A DNA stretch of 38,815 nt from Elusimicrobiota bacterium (lineage in GTDB: Bacteria > Elusimicrobiota > Elusimicrobia > Elusimicrobiales > UBA9959). The position numbers were made by a program, and so were the translations under genes. The DNA lies in assembly GCA_027340875.1 (NCBI GenBank), contig DAIENX010000085.1:1-38815 (forward strand), read 5' to 3'. Shown piece by piece: positions 7,886-16,607 of this stretch (within the stretch, counting starts at the first letter, position 1; the number at the start of each line of letters is the position of its first letter). A model generated the notes under the pieces. That model did no database searches. It saw nothing but the letters and a program-made list of their open reading frames with translations, and was not told where the DNA came from.

Positions 7886-8917
7886 TCACGGCGTCAGTAT
7901 TATCTTCCCGCACTTCTTCTCCTTCGAGTTCATCAGCTCGAAGGCTTTCGTGAAATCCTTGAACTGGAAACTGTGGGTCACGGCCGGCCTCGGGTCGACG
8001 GCCCCCGACTTCAGCAGGCTCTCCATTTTGTACCAGCTTCGGAAGATCTCCCTGCCGGCCACGCCCTCTATGCGAAGGCCTCTTCCCACGATGTCCCCGG
8101 CGTAGTCCAGGTTCAGGGTCTCGGCGGGCAGTCCGAAGGCCACCATCCTGCCGCCGGGCCTGAGCGCCTTGAGGGAAAGCCCGATGCTGCCGGCCGAGCC
8201 GCTCATCTCCATGACAGAATCGGCCCCGTCCGGACAGAGCTTGTGGATCTTCTGCAGGCAGCCCGCGGCCGACGGGTCCAGCGCGGCGGAGGCTCCCATC
8301 TTCATGGCCAGGGAGCGCCTGAAGGACGAAGGGTCGAGGACTATCACCCTTTTGGCCCCGGCTGCCCTGGCGATGCCGGCGGCGAAAAGGCCGTGAGGGG
8401 CGCAGCCGGATATCACCACGTTCCGGCCCACGAGGTCCTCCGAGAGCACGGCGTGAACGGCGCAGCCGAACGGCCCCATCAGCGAGCCGATATCCTTGAG
8501 TGAATCGTCCGTATGTTTCCAGGCGCAGCGCGCCGGCACGGCCGCGTACTCCGAGAAGCCTCCCTGCACGTCGCGCCCTATCACTTTCAGGTCCCTGCAG
8601 ATATGGCGCTGGTCGTTGCGGCACTGCGCGCAGACGCCGCAGAAGATGTGCGACTCCACGGAGACGAAATCCCCCTTGTCGAAGCCTTTGGCCTGCGGGC
8701 CGATCTCCACCACCTCGCCGCAGAACTCCCGTCCGAAGATGAAAGGCAGGCGGGGAGGGACGGCTTCGGCCCCGGAGGAGTTGTAGAGGGCGAGGTCGCC
8801 GGGGCTTATCGAGGCGGCGGTCACCCTGATCAGGATCTCGTCCCGGCCTATCTCCGGGACATCGGCGTCCCGGTAGCTGGCGCCGCGGGCTTTGGAGGTT
8901 TTCATTATCGCTTTCAT
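7886..8917 (-). CDS. tdh: L-threonine 3-dehydrogenase-like MDR protein with degenerate catalytic Zn site
   Basis: MKAIMK, VSVESHIFCGVCAQC...HIC (structural Zn), EMSG, GREIFRSW, CGKIIL; adjacent to kbl. Catalytic CGTD and GHE are replaced by SPGD and GRE. Confidence 0.75.
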   Translation of the reverse strand: MKAIMKTSKARGASYRDADVPEIGRDEILIRVTAASISPGDLALYNSSGAEAVPPRLPFIFGREFCGEVVEIGPQAKGFDKGDFVSVESHIFCGVCAQCRNDQRHICRDLKVIGRDVQGGFSEYAAVPARCAWKHTDDSLKDIGSLMGPFGCAVHAVLSEDLVGRNVVISGCAPHGLFAAGIARAAGAKRVIVLDPSSFRRSLAMKMGASAALDPSAAGCLQKIHKLCPDGADSVMEMSGSAGSIGLSLKALRPGGRMVAFGLPAETLNLDYAGDIVGRGLRIEGVAGREIFRSWYKMESLLKSGAVDPRPAVTHSFQFKDFTKAFELMNSKEKKCGKIILTP

Positions 8918-8964
8918 CTTTTGAGGGCTCCTTGCGGGGCGCTTTTACCCGATGCGCCGGATCG

Positions 8965-9221
8965 ACAGTCTGCTGAAAAAGCCCCTTTCGGAGTCTTTTG
9001 CGCGCTTTTGGCCGTTTGATGCGCCGCCGTTCGATGAGCATAGCTCTTGATACGGCACAAGCATAGCTTAGTAGCGCATGTACGGCACGGCCATAGCCCA
9101 GGCCTGCGGCTTCGTTGCTCGTCCCTTACAGGCTCTTGCCGAGCATGCGCGTTCCTCGCGCCTTGCCTCGGCTCAAAATCACATCAAAATCCACGCCGAG
9201 TAGGCTTTTTCAGAAGACTGT
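8965..9221. mobile_element. MITE-like element 1
   Basis: 19-bp terminal inverted repeats ACAGTCTGCTGAAAAAGCC / GGCTTTTTCAGAAGACTGT (1 mismatch); core shared with element 2; no target-site duplication seen. Confidence 0.65.
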
Positions 9222-9302
9222 TAAATAATATAAAAAAAATCATCGGGCGGTCATGACAAAAAGCATAATCAGTCCCGGATAAAAAATGCTAAATTATCTC
9301 TG

Positions 9303-9510
9303 GAGCCTGTTGCGCAAACCCCGATTCTGCTGCAATTTCGGCTTTTGGCCGTTTGATGCGCATAGCGCTTGTACGGCACGGCCATAGTCCAGGCCTGCGC
9401 CTTTGCGACGCTCTACTCACAGGCCACGACAGGCATGCTCGTTTCGCGTCACTGCGGCTCGGCTCCAAAATCCGCAATTTCGCGACGAAAGCGGTTTGCG
9501 CAGCAGGCTC
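9303..9510. mobile_element. MITE-like element 2 with 5-bp target-site duplication
   Basis: TIRs GAGCCTGTTGCGCAAACC / GGTTTGCGCAGCAGGCTC (1 mismatch), flanked by CTCTG at 9298-9302 and 9511-9515. Confidence 0.75.
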
Positions 9511-9523
9511 CTCTGCCGGAATT

Positions 9524-9919
9524 ATGGAACAGCTCGCTTTGACCCTCCCCGCCGAGGACACTCTGGTCCTCCTGCCGAAGAACCCCGGTACGTTCTTCGC
9601 CTTCTGGCGTTTCTCCTCCGGCAAGGAGGAAGCCTTCCTCTCCTCGGCCTTCGCCCCGGAAGTGGAACTGCGGGTCTTCCGCTCCGAGGATAAGTCCGTT
9701 TTCTTCCAGCACAGGGTTTTCTGGCGGGCCGGCCGCGCCTACCTGCCGGTGCCGGAGCGCGGCGGCGCCTGCGAGGCGGTCCTGTACGCGCTGCGCAACG
9801 GCGAGTGGGAGCGTCTGCTGGATTCCAACCAGGCCGCCGCCCCGGAATCGGCCGACAGATGCGACGACAGGGCCAGGGCCAGCATGGAGTTCATGAAGGG
9901 GGGCAGCCATGAGCTCTAG
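9524..9919 (+). CDS. DUF4912-like protein
   Basis: EDTLVLLPKNPGTFFAFW resembles the DUF4912 signature and lies directly upstream of a GH57 gene. The longer tracked ORF (from 9353) runs through MITE 2. Confidence 0.7.
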   Translation: MEQLALTLPAEDTLVLLPKNPGTFFAFWRFSSGKEEAFLSSAFAPEVELRVFRSEDKSVFFQHRVFWRAGRAYLPVPERGGACEAVLYALRNGEWERLLDSNQAAAPESADRCDDRARASMEFMKGGSHEL

Positions 9920-11516
9920 AGGCTCCCTGGTGCTGGTCCTGCACGCCCATCTGCCGTTCGTGAACCACCCGCAGGACTCCGCCTTCCTCGAGGAGAACTG
10001 GTTCTTCGAAGCGGTGGTGGAGACCTACGTGCCCCTGATCTCCTGTCTCGAGCGTCTCGCGGCCGAAGGAATAAGGCCCGGCGTCACCATCTCTGTCTCC
10101 CCGACGCTGGGCGCGATGCTCGAGAACGAGGCCCTGGAGAAGAAGCTGGCCCTTTACGTCGAGTCAAGGCTGGAGCTGATAGAGAAGGAGCTGGAGCGCC
10201 TGCAGGGCGATCCTGTTATGCAGAGGACCGCGTCCTATTACCGCGACCTTTACGAGTCAGCGGCGGAGATGCTCCACAAATACAGCGGCGACCTGATAAC
10301 GCCGCTGAAGGCCCTGCAGCACGCAGGACAGATCGAGATCATCACCACGTCCGCCACCCACGCCGTGCTGCCGCTGCTGGCCAGGCCGGAGGCGGTGCGC
10401 GCCCAGCTCTCGGTGGCGGCCGAGGACTATCTGGACAGGTTCAACCGCAAGGCGCCCGGCTTCTGGCTGCCGGAGTGTGCCTACGACCCGCGCCTCAGCT
10501 CCTACCTGAAGCTCTCCGGTTACAACTATACCTTTACCGAGACCCATGCCATCGCGGGGCGGGGGGACAGGAACCCTAACGGGGTGTACTCGCCCTACAG
10601 GACCACCAGCGGGCTGGGACTTTTCGCCAGGGACTCTGAAAGCTCCAGGGAGGTCTGGAGCTCCCAGTCCGGCTACCCGGGCGACCCGGCTTACAGGGAG
10701 TTCTACCGCGACCTGGGCTACGACGGGGACTACGAATACGTCCGCCCTTACCTGGGAGCCGACGGTAACAGGCGGCCTCTGGGACTGAAATACCACCGTA
10801 TAACTGGGTCAGGCTCCGACCTTTCCTCCAAGCTCCCTTACGACCCGGAAGCGGCCCTCGCGAGGGCCGCGGAGCACGCTTCCGATTTCCTCGCCCGCCG
10901 CCTCAGACAGGCGGACGAGGTGTATTCCTCCCGCGGGATACGGCCCCTCATAGTCAGCTGCTATGACGCCGAGCTGTTCGGCCACTGGTGGTTCGAGGGG
11001 CCGGCCTTCCTGGAGGCGGTCATCCGAAAGATACGGCAGGAGAGGCTGCCGCTCCAGTTCGTCACCCCTTCGGAGTACCTCAATTCGTGCCAGGAGCCCG
11101 AGGAGGTAACGCCGGCCATCTCTTCCTGGGGCGAGAAGGGATATTTCGACCCCTGGGTGAACGAATCCAACGATTACATCTATCCCGCCGTTTATGCCGC
11201 CACCGACAAGATGATAGAAACGGCCAACAGGTTCCGCAACCAGGACCTCAACAGCCTGGCGCAGCGGGCCCTGAACCAGGCCGGCCGGGAGACGCTGCTC
11301 TCGCAGTCCTCCGACTGGCCCTTCCTGCTTTATATCGGTTCTCACGCCGATTACGCCAGGGGCCGCGTCTCCGACCACGCTGCCAACGCGCTGAAGCTCC
11401 TCTCCGAAGTGGCCGAGAGGAACGTGGACGAGCGCTTGCTGTCGGAGCTGGAGAAGAAGAACAATATCTTCCCGAGGCTGGACTTCAGGGTGTTCGCTTC
11501 GGTATCCCGCTTCTAG
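9909..11516 (+). CDS. GH57 1,4-alpha-glucan branching enzyme (with DUF1957 domain)
   Basis: LHAHLPFV, ETYVP, SATHAVLP, GFWLPECAY (nucleophile), YDAELFGHWWFEG (acid/base), SSWG, QSSDWPF. Confidence 0.95.
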   Translation: MSSRGSLVLVLHAHLPFVNHPQDSAFLEENWFFEAVVETYVPLISCLERLAAEGIRPGVTISVSPTLGAMLENEALEKKLALYVESRLELIEKELERLQGDPVMQRTASYYRDLYESAAEMLHKYSGDLITPLKALQHAGQIEIITTSATHAVLPLLARPEAVRAQLSVAAEDYLDRFNRKAPGFWLPECAYDPRLSSYLKLSGYNYTFTETHAIAGRGDRNPNGVYSPYRTTSGLGLFARDSESSREVWSSQSGYPGDPAYREFYRDLGYDGDYEYVRPYLGADGNRRPLGLKYHRITGSGSDLSSKLPYDPEAALARAAEHASDFLARRLRQADEVYSSRGIRPLIVSCYDAELFGHWWFEGPAFLEAVIRKIRQERLPLQFVTPSEYLNSCQEPEEVTPAISSWGEKGYFDPWVNESNDYIYPAVYAATDKMIETANRFRNQDLNSLAQRALNQAGRETLLSQSSDWPFLLYIGSHADYARGRVSDHAANALKLLSEVAERNVDERLLSELEKKNNIFPRLDFRVFASVSRF

Positions 11517-11529
11517 CTCTCCGGGCATG

Positions 11530-11569
11530 AAAGAGGAGCGCCGGTCTTATGACCGGCGCTCCTCTTTTT
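11530..11569. terminator. Bidirectional intrinsic terminator
   Basis: AAAGAGGAGCGCCGGTC-TTAT-GACCGGCGCTCCTCTTTTT. Confidence 0.88.
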
Positions 11570-11577
11570 GTTTCTGC

Positions 11578-12285
11578 TCATTCGTGCAGGGCCGCCCGCA
11601 GCCCCATGTAGATATCGAAATAGTGCCAGGAGGGGGGGGCGTCCGCCGGCTGGTGATGGTCGGGGCGCAGTACAAGGTCTCCGGTGGCCAGCAGAATGCG
11701 CTTCACCTCCGGGTTCTGTTCGATCTTGGCCCGGGTAGCGCGGACGATGAGGTCGTAGTGCTCCCCTTTGTCAGGGACATAATAATCCATCCTTTTACCG
11801 TGGTACGTCACCCAGTTTATCCCCATCTTCTTCATGTTGGCCCAGGCCAGATCCCCCGCGGTCTTGGCCTCGAAGCCGGTCATGGCCGCCACCTGGGCCC
11901 TCGTGTGCTTCCACTCCAGCCCGGGAAAGAGAGCGCGGGGATCGTCCGGGCCCTCCGGGTACAGCATCATCTGCCAGAAGCCCTCCAGGCTGGCGTAGCG
12001 GGCGCCATCCAGCTCGAACGGGGTGGCCGCGAAGTTGGAGAGAAGCCCCAGCTCGTTGCGCTTGGAGAGGACCACCTCCCCCGGGCCGGCGGCCTGCGGG
12101 AGCACCTCCCATGACGCCGTCTTATCCTGCGGGACGGCCGTCCACCAGCCGGCCGGGTATTCTGGTCCGTGCATATTCTCCGCCTTCCTCTCCCGCGTGG
12201 CGCAGCCGCTCAGCAATGCGGCCGCCAGCAGCAGTTGTAGTCCCTGTGTCATGCCGGGCGGGATCCTCAACTCGAGAGTTTTCAT
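11578..12285 (-). CDS. NADAR (YbiA/DUF1768)-family protein with lipoprotein signal; start may be 12250
   Basis: LSNFAATPFELDGARYASLEGFWQ...AKIEQNPEVKRILLATGDLVL; lipobox LLSGC. Confidence 0.75.
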   Translation of the reverse strand: MKTLELRIPPGMTQGLQLLLAAALLSGCATRERKAENMHGPEYPAGWWTAVPQDKTASWEVLPQAAGPGEVVLSKRNELGLLSNFAATPFELDGARYASLEGFWQMMLYPEGPDDPRALFPGLEWKHTRAQVAAMTGFEAKTAGDLAWANMKKMGINWVTYHGKRMDYYVPDKGEHYDLIVRATRAKIEQNPEVKRILLATGDLVLRPDHHQPADAPPSWHYFDIYMGLRAALHE

Positions 12286-12458
12286 AGATGAGATTTTAAC
12301 ATAATAGGCGCCTGGGGCCCGCCGGCCGCGGCCTCAAGGTCCCAGGGAAAAAAGGGGCCAAAGACTTCGCGGTGCTGGGCCCATCGAACCTATCGGCCGC
12401 AGGGTCCAATTCCTAGAATATAAAAGGAAGTAAAGACCATTATCCGGAGAAGAACGTG

Positions 12459-13820
12459 ATGGAAATCAGGAAATTCGTATCAGCGCTTTTAGCCTCTCTC
12501 GCACTGTCCGCCGCGCCGACGCTTTCCAGCGCCGGCGCTTTTGCCGACCTCGGCGGCTACGGCTTCGCTGCCGCAACCGTGGAAATGCCCCGCGCGGTGG
12601 CCCCGGCCGGTTCCGAGAGGACCGTCTCCAGGACCACGCTGCGCCTGGCCGACTTTACCGGCGGCACTTTCGTGGACTTCATGACCGCCGGCAACGGCTT
12701 CAAGGCCGCGCTGGACCAGGACGCGCTGAGGAAGTTCTCCTTCACCGATATGGCCGGAGTAAAGGCCGCTGCCGCGGAGTTCGATCCGCTGGTCTATTCC
12801 AAGATAGTGAAAGCCGTAAAGGGCGGCGAAGAGGGCCTCGGGAAGCTGGCCGACTCCCTGGCCGGCGAGACCGCCACTTCCATTACTGCCCCGGCTCCTA
12901 TAGCCAAGAAGGTCCAGGACCTGGGCCTGGCCCCGGCTTCGAAGATAGGCCTTACCGCCGTGGTCGTCTCCCCGCTCTTCTCGCTGGCCTCCGGCGCGGG
13001 GGTGACGGTCGTGCTCGATAATAATAATTATTTCCTTAACATCGGATACAAGTCCGGCAGCGACCCGGCCCAACTCGAGAAGGACGTGAAGTCCGGCCGC
13101 AGCTTCGGCGCCAGCCCGGTGCACAAGCCTCTGGACGTCACCGACAAGTACTATCTGCAGGAGATGCACGACTACCTCTCCGCCGCCGGCAACCCAGCCC
13201 GCTTCTACTGGGCGATGATGAAGATCCTGACGAACTCGGACCCTTCCGGCCTGGCTTATAACTCGGTGCCGGCCCAGGGCGTGCTCTCCGACTTCACCGC
13301 CGTCTACGCCGCCGAGCTGGACCGCTACATAATGACCGGCTTCAGGAAGCACCCCTGGCAGAACGACCTCGCCGAGGCCACGCTGATCGCGGCCTACAGC
13401 TCCCCGGCCGCCCGCGTGGTGGTGAACGGGAAGTTCGTGGAAGGCAACCCGGTCAATTTCTTCGGAGTGGGGAAGAACGGCAGCGGCATAGGCATCTGCC
13501 GCAAGGACCGCCGCCAGCTGCAGCTCGCGATCGTCAACTTCGAGCGCGCCCAGCATCCTGAGCTGGTCTCGAAGGTCGAGGAGCTGATCGGCCGCCGCGG
13601 CGGCGACCTGATCCACAACCTGATGCTGTTCATCAACAAGCCTGACAAGCAGGCCCAGCTGCGCAACATCGCTGAGGAGCTGACCGACGCCGTTACCGCC
13701 CTGATGACGCAGGTGCATGCTGACGCTCCGGAGATAACGATGTTCATCAACCGCCGCGGCCTGCCGTTGCCGTTCGACGCGGACGCGGCCAACGACACGC
13801 AGGGCCACGACGCGCAGTAA
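12459..13820 (+). CDS. Hypothetical secreted protein (~453 aa)
   Basis: Signal peptide, GGAG RBS, strong GC3 codon bias, followed by a terminator; no family recognised. Confidence 0.8.
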   Translation: MEIRKFVSALLASLALSAAPTLSSAGAFADLGGYGFAAATVEMPRAVAPAGSERTVSRTTLRLADFTGGTFVDFMTAGNGFKAALDQDALRKFSFTDMAGVKAAAAEFDPLVYSKIVKAVKGGEEGLGKLADSLAGETATSITAPAPIAKKVQDLGLAPASKIGLTAVVVSPLFSLASGAGVTVVLDNNNYFLNIGYKSGSDPAQLEKDVKSGRSFGASPVHKPLDVTDKYYLQEMHDYLSAAGNPARFYWAMMKILTNSDPSGLAYNSVPAQGVLSDFTAVYAAELDRYIMTGFRKHPWQNDLAEATLIAAYSSPAARVVVNGKFVEGNPVNFFGVGKNGSGIGICRKDRRQLQLAIVNFERAQHPELVSKVEELIGRRGGDLIHNLMLFINKPDKQAQLRNIAEELTDAVTALMTQVHADAPEITMFINRRGLPLPFDADAANDTQGHDAQ

Positions 13821-13835
13821 GCGTTCCAACGCCTT

Positions 13836-13874
13836 AAAAAAGGGGAGACCGAAAGGCCTCCCCTTTTTCTTTTT
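13836..13874. terminator. Bidirectional intrinsic terminator
   Basis: AAAAAAGGGGAGACC-GAAA-GGCCTCCCCTTTTT. Confidence 0.8.
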
Positions 13875-13887
13875 GCGGTATCGGCTG

Positions 13888-14796
13888 CTAGCGGGCCTTT
13901 ACCAGCTTCCAGGCGGCCTTGAAGTCCTCCGGCAGCGGGGCTTCCAGACGGGTCTCCTTACCTGTGGCGGGATGGCTGAAGACGAGGCTGAAGGAGTGCA
14001 GCAGCATGCGCGGCGCGTCCGGGCCGCCGTAGAGCTTGTCCCCGATTATGGGGTGCCCGATATGCGCCAGATGTATCCTTATCTGGTTCGTGCGGCCTGT
14101 CATCGGGTGTATATGCAGCAGCGCGCAGTTCCTGCCCTTCTCCTTGACGGTGTATTCGGTGACGGCCTCCCGGCCGAACTCCCAGACCTTGATCTTCTTG
14201 AAGCCGCTGGCCCGGCCTATGGGAGCGTCGATCAATCCGGTCCTTTTCCGGGGGATGCCGGCTACCGCGCCGATATAGGTCTTCTCCATCAGCCTTTCCC
14301 GGAAGCCCGTCTTGAGGATGTCCTGTATCTCGGGGGTCTTGGCCAGCAACATAAGGCCGCTGGTGTCCCGGTCCAGGCGGTGCACCAGTCCCAGGCGCTC
14401 GAGGCCTCCGGCGGCCATCTTGGGCCTGGCCGAATAGATCATCGACACCAGGGTGGGCTCACCGAGCAGCGCGGCCTTCGGGTTGACCTCCCAGTTCGCG
14501 GAATTGGGATGGACCGCCACGCCGGCGGGCTTGCGCACGGCTATCAGGGAATCATCCTCGTAGAGGACCAGGTCCTCGAAACCGGCCTGCGCGCTGCCTG
14601 CCGCCGGCACGGTTATCTCGACGCTGTCCCCGTCGGCCAGCAGGAAGGACGGTTTCTTGGCGAGGCCGTTTACGGTGGCCATGCCGCTCTCTATGAGCTT
14701 GCGCGCGAAGGACCGGGAGTAGTTCTCTCCGGCCCCGGTCAGGAAGACGTCGAGGCGCGCCGGCACTCCGGAATATAGCAGCTTAATTTTTTTCAT
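13888..14796 (-). CDS. RluA-family (RluD-like) pseudouridine synthase
   Basis: N-terminal S4 domain, KPAG, LVHRLDRDTSG, TGRTNQIRIH, IIGDKLYG. Confidence 0.93.
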   Translation of the reverse strand: MKKIKLLYSGVPARLDVFLTGAGENYSRSFARKLIESGMATVNGLAKKPSFLLADGDSVEITVPAAGSAQAGFEDLVLYEDDSLIAVRKPAGVAVHPNSANWEVNPKAALLGEPTLVSMIYSARPKMAAGGLERLGLVHRLDRDTSGLMLLAKTPEIQDILKTGFRERLMEKTYIGAVAGIPRKRTGLIDAPIGRASGFKKIKVWEFGREAVTEYTVKEKGRNCALLHIHPMTGRTNQIRIHLAHIGHPIIGDKLYGGPDAPRMLLHSFSLVFSHPATGKETRLEAPLPEDFKAAWKLVKAR

Positions 14797-15580
14797 GTCC
14801 CCTCCGCAGATAGAACAGCAGCGCGACGGCCGCCGCCATGACCGACGCAGATATCAGCTGGGCCGGCGAGAGGCCGAGATGCGAGGCTCCCCTGTCGTCG
14901 CCGCGCAGGAACTCCAGCGAGAAGCGCAGCAGCGAGTAGAGCGCGGCGTAGAGCGCGACCACCGAACCGCGGCGCAGCTTGCCGGACAGGGTGCGCGACA
15001 GGGCCGTGTTAAGCAGCAGGAAGACGGCCAGGTTGCCTGCGGCCTCGTAAAGCTGCACCGGGTGCAGCGGCACGCCCAGCAGGTGGGGGGTGACCTCGGA
15101 GGCGGGGTCGGTGAAGGTCACGCTCAGCGCGCAGGCGGAGGGGCTGCCGTAGCAGCAGCCCGCCAGGAAGCAACCTACGCGCCCGAAGGCGTGGCCGAGC
15201 GCCAGCGCCGGGGCGAAGAGGTCCGCGGAGGCGGCGAAATCAAGGCCTCTGCGCCGGGCCAGCAGGTAGAAGGCGGCCGCGCCGGAGAGCAGGCCGCCAT
15301 AGAAGACGAAGCCGTACTGGAAGGTCCTGAGGACGTACGCCGCCCTCGCCGCGAAGGTCTGTCCGAACTCGCTCCAGTACGTGACGGCGTAGAAGAGCTT
15401 CGCGCCGAGCATCGCGCTGATCACGGTGTAGAAGACCAGGTCCGAGACGTCGTCCTTGCGGAGGCCGGCGGCCGCGGAGCGCCTGAAGATGTAGATGACG
15501 GCGGCCAGGTAGCCGCAGGCCACCATCAGCCCGTAGGCCGGGAGCTTGAAGGAGCCCAGTTGGAATATTACGGGGTGCAT
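14783..15580 (-). CDS. lgt: Prolipoprotein diacylglyceryl transferase
   Basis: YG, FYGG, GRVGCF, HPVQLYE, RFSLEFLR; multiple TM helices. Confidence 0.93.
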   Translation of the reverse strand: MHPVIFQLGSFKLPAYGLMVACGYLAAVIYIFRRSAAAGLRKDDVSDLVFYTVISAMLGAKLFYAVTYWSEFGQTFAARAAYVLRTFQYGFVFYGGLLSGAAAFYLLARRRGLDFAASADLFAPALALGHAFGRVGCFLAGCCYGSPSACALSVTFTDPASEVTPHLLGVPLHPVQLYEAAGNLAVFLLLNTALSRTLSGKLRRGSVVALYAALYSLLRFSLEFLRGDDRGASHLGLSPAQLISASVMAAAVALLFYLRRGHEKN

Positions 15581-15591
15581 AAGTCAGACTG

Positions 15592-16224
15592 TCAGACCAC
15601 CGCCTTCAGGAAATCTTCCCGGCGGCCGAGCCTTGCCAGCTTGAGGTAGAGGTTGTACTCCTTCTGTACGCCGAAGGTGGAGGTGTCGCCGTTGTATGAA
15701 TGGCCGGGATAGACGACAGCGGCGTCCGGCAGCGCCGCCAGCTTCACGAAGCTGTCGTAGAGCGCCTCCGGGCTGGAGCCCGGCAGGTCCACCCGTCCGC
15801 ATTCCCCTATGAAGAGGGTGTCTCCGGTGAACACGTAGCCGTCGGCCAGATAGCAGACCGAGCCGGGTGTGTGGCCCGGGGTATGCAGCACGGATATCTT
15901 CAGCGAACCGGCCTGGAGCTGCTCGCCGTCCGAGACCGTTTTCAGTCCGGCCGGTCGCGACTCGAGCATGAAATAATCGGCGTCGTTCAGGTAGACCGGA
16001 CATTTGTCCTCGGCGTCCTCGAACTCCGCGACGGCGTTGACGTGGTCCGGGTGCGCGTGCGTCAGCAGCACGGCCTGCAGCTTGAGCTTGGACTCCGCCA
16101 GGAAGGCCTTGAGCTTTTCCGGCTGCCAGGCGGGGTCTATGACCGCGGCGTGCAGCGTCTCCTCGTCCCAGAGCAGGTAGGAGAAATTGTCCATCGGGCC
16201 CAGCTTGAACTGGCGTACCTTCAT
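15592..16224 (-). CDS. MBL-fold metallo-hydrolase (glyoxalase II-like)
   Basis: THAHPDH, TPGHTPGS, FTGDTLF, YPGH. Confidence 0.9.
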   Translation of the reverse strand: MKVRQFKLGPMDNFSYLLWDEETLHAAVIDPAWQPEKLKAFLAESKLKLQAVLLTHAHPDHVNAVAEFEDAEDKCPVYLNDADYFMLESRPAGLKTVSDGEQLQAGSLKISVLHTPGHTPGSVCYLADGYVFTGDTLFIGECGRVDLPGSSPEALYDSFVKLAALPDAAVVYPGHSYNGDTSTFGVQKEYNLYLKLARLGRREDFLKAVV

Positions 16225-16511
16225 CTGTCGCTCTCTCTGGGCGGGGGGAACCGGTACTCCGTCTCCTCCGGCCTTATCATGCTGAGCTCCCGTCTGGCGG
16301 CCTGCTCTATGGCCGGTTTTTCCCCTACTTCCTTCAGTTGCCGTTCGAGGTCCTTGCGCTGTACCTCTAGCATCACTTTCTGGGCTTTAAGGGTCCTGTA
16401 CTCGCGGTAGTTCTTGACCAGCGAGCGAAAGCCGCGGTTGCCCAGCAGCAGCGCGGCCAGCAGGGTTATCAGCAGGTATTTCAGGTTTATCTTGAAGCGG
16501 ACCGGTTTCAT
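16221..16511 (-). CDS. ftsB: Septum formation initiator (FtsB/DivIC family)
   Basis: TM segment, coiled coil, IEQAARRELSMIRPEE; directly follows eno. Confidence 0.85.
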   Translation of the reverse strand: MKPVRFKINLKYLLITLLAALLLGNRGFRSLVKNYREYRTLKAQKVMLEVQRKDLERQLKEVGEKPAIEQAARRELSMIRPEETEYRFPPPRESDR

Positions 16512-16607
16512 ACTGTGGCCGCGCCAGCCGGGTCCCGTTAAGGGGACAGCCGGTTCCGGCGGGGTCCTGCGGAAATACGCCCCGCTCGGAGCGGGGCGCG
16601 GGCTTCT

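Noticed and set aside
6678..9041. 787-aa ORF as a Kbl fusion
   Set aside because: The N-terminal half is an off-frame read through tdh (Arg/Gly/Pro-rich); Kbl has its own RBS and ATG at 7868.
16512..16607. Hairpins between eno and ftsB
   Set aside because: Short GC-rich stems without a U-tract or similarity to elements A/B; at most an ordinary mRNA-stabilising structure.
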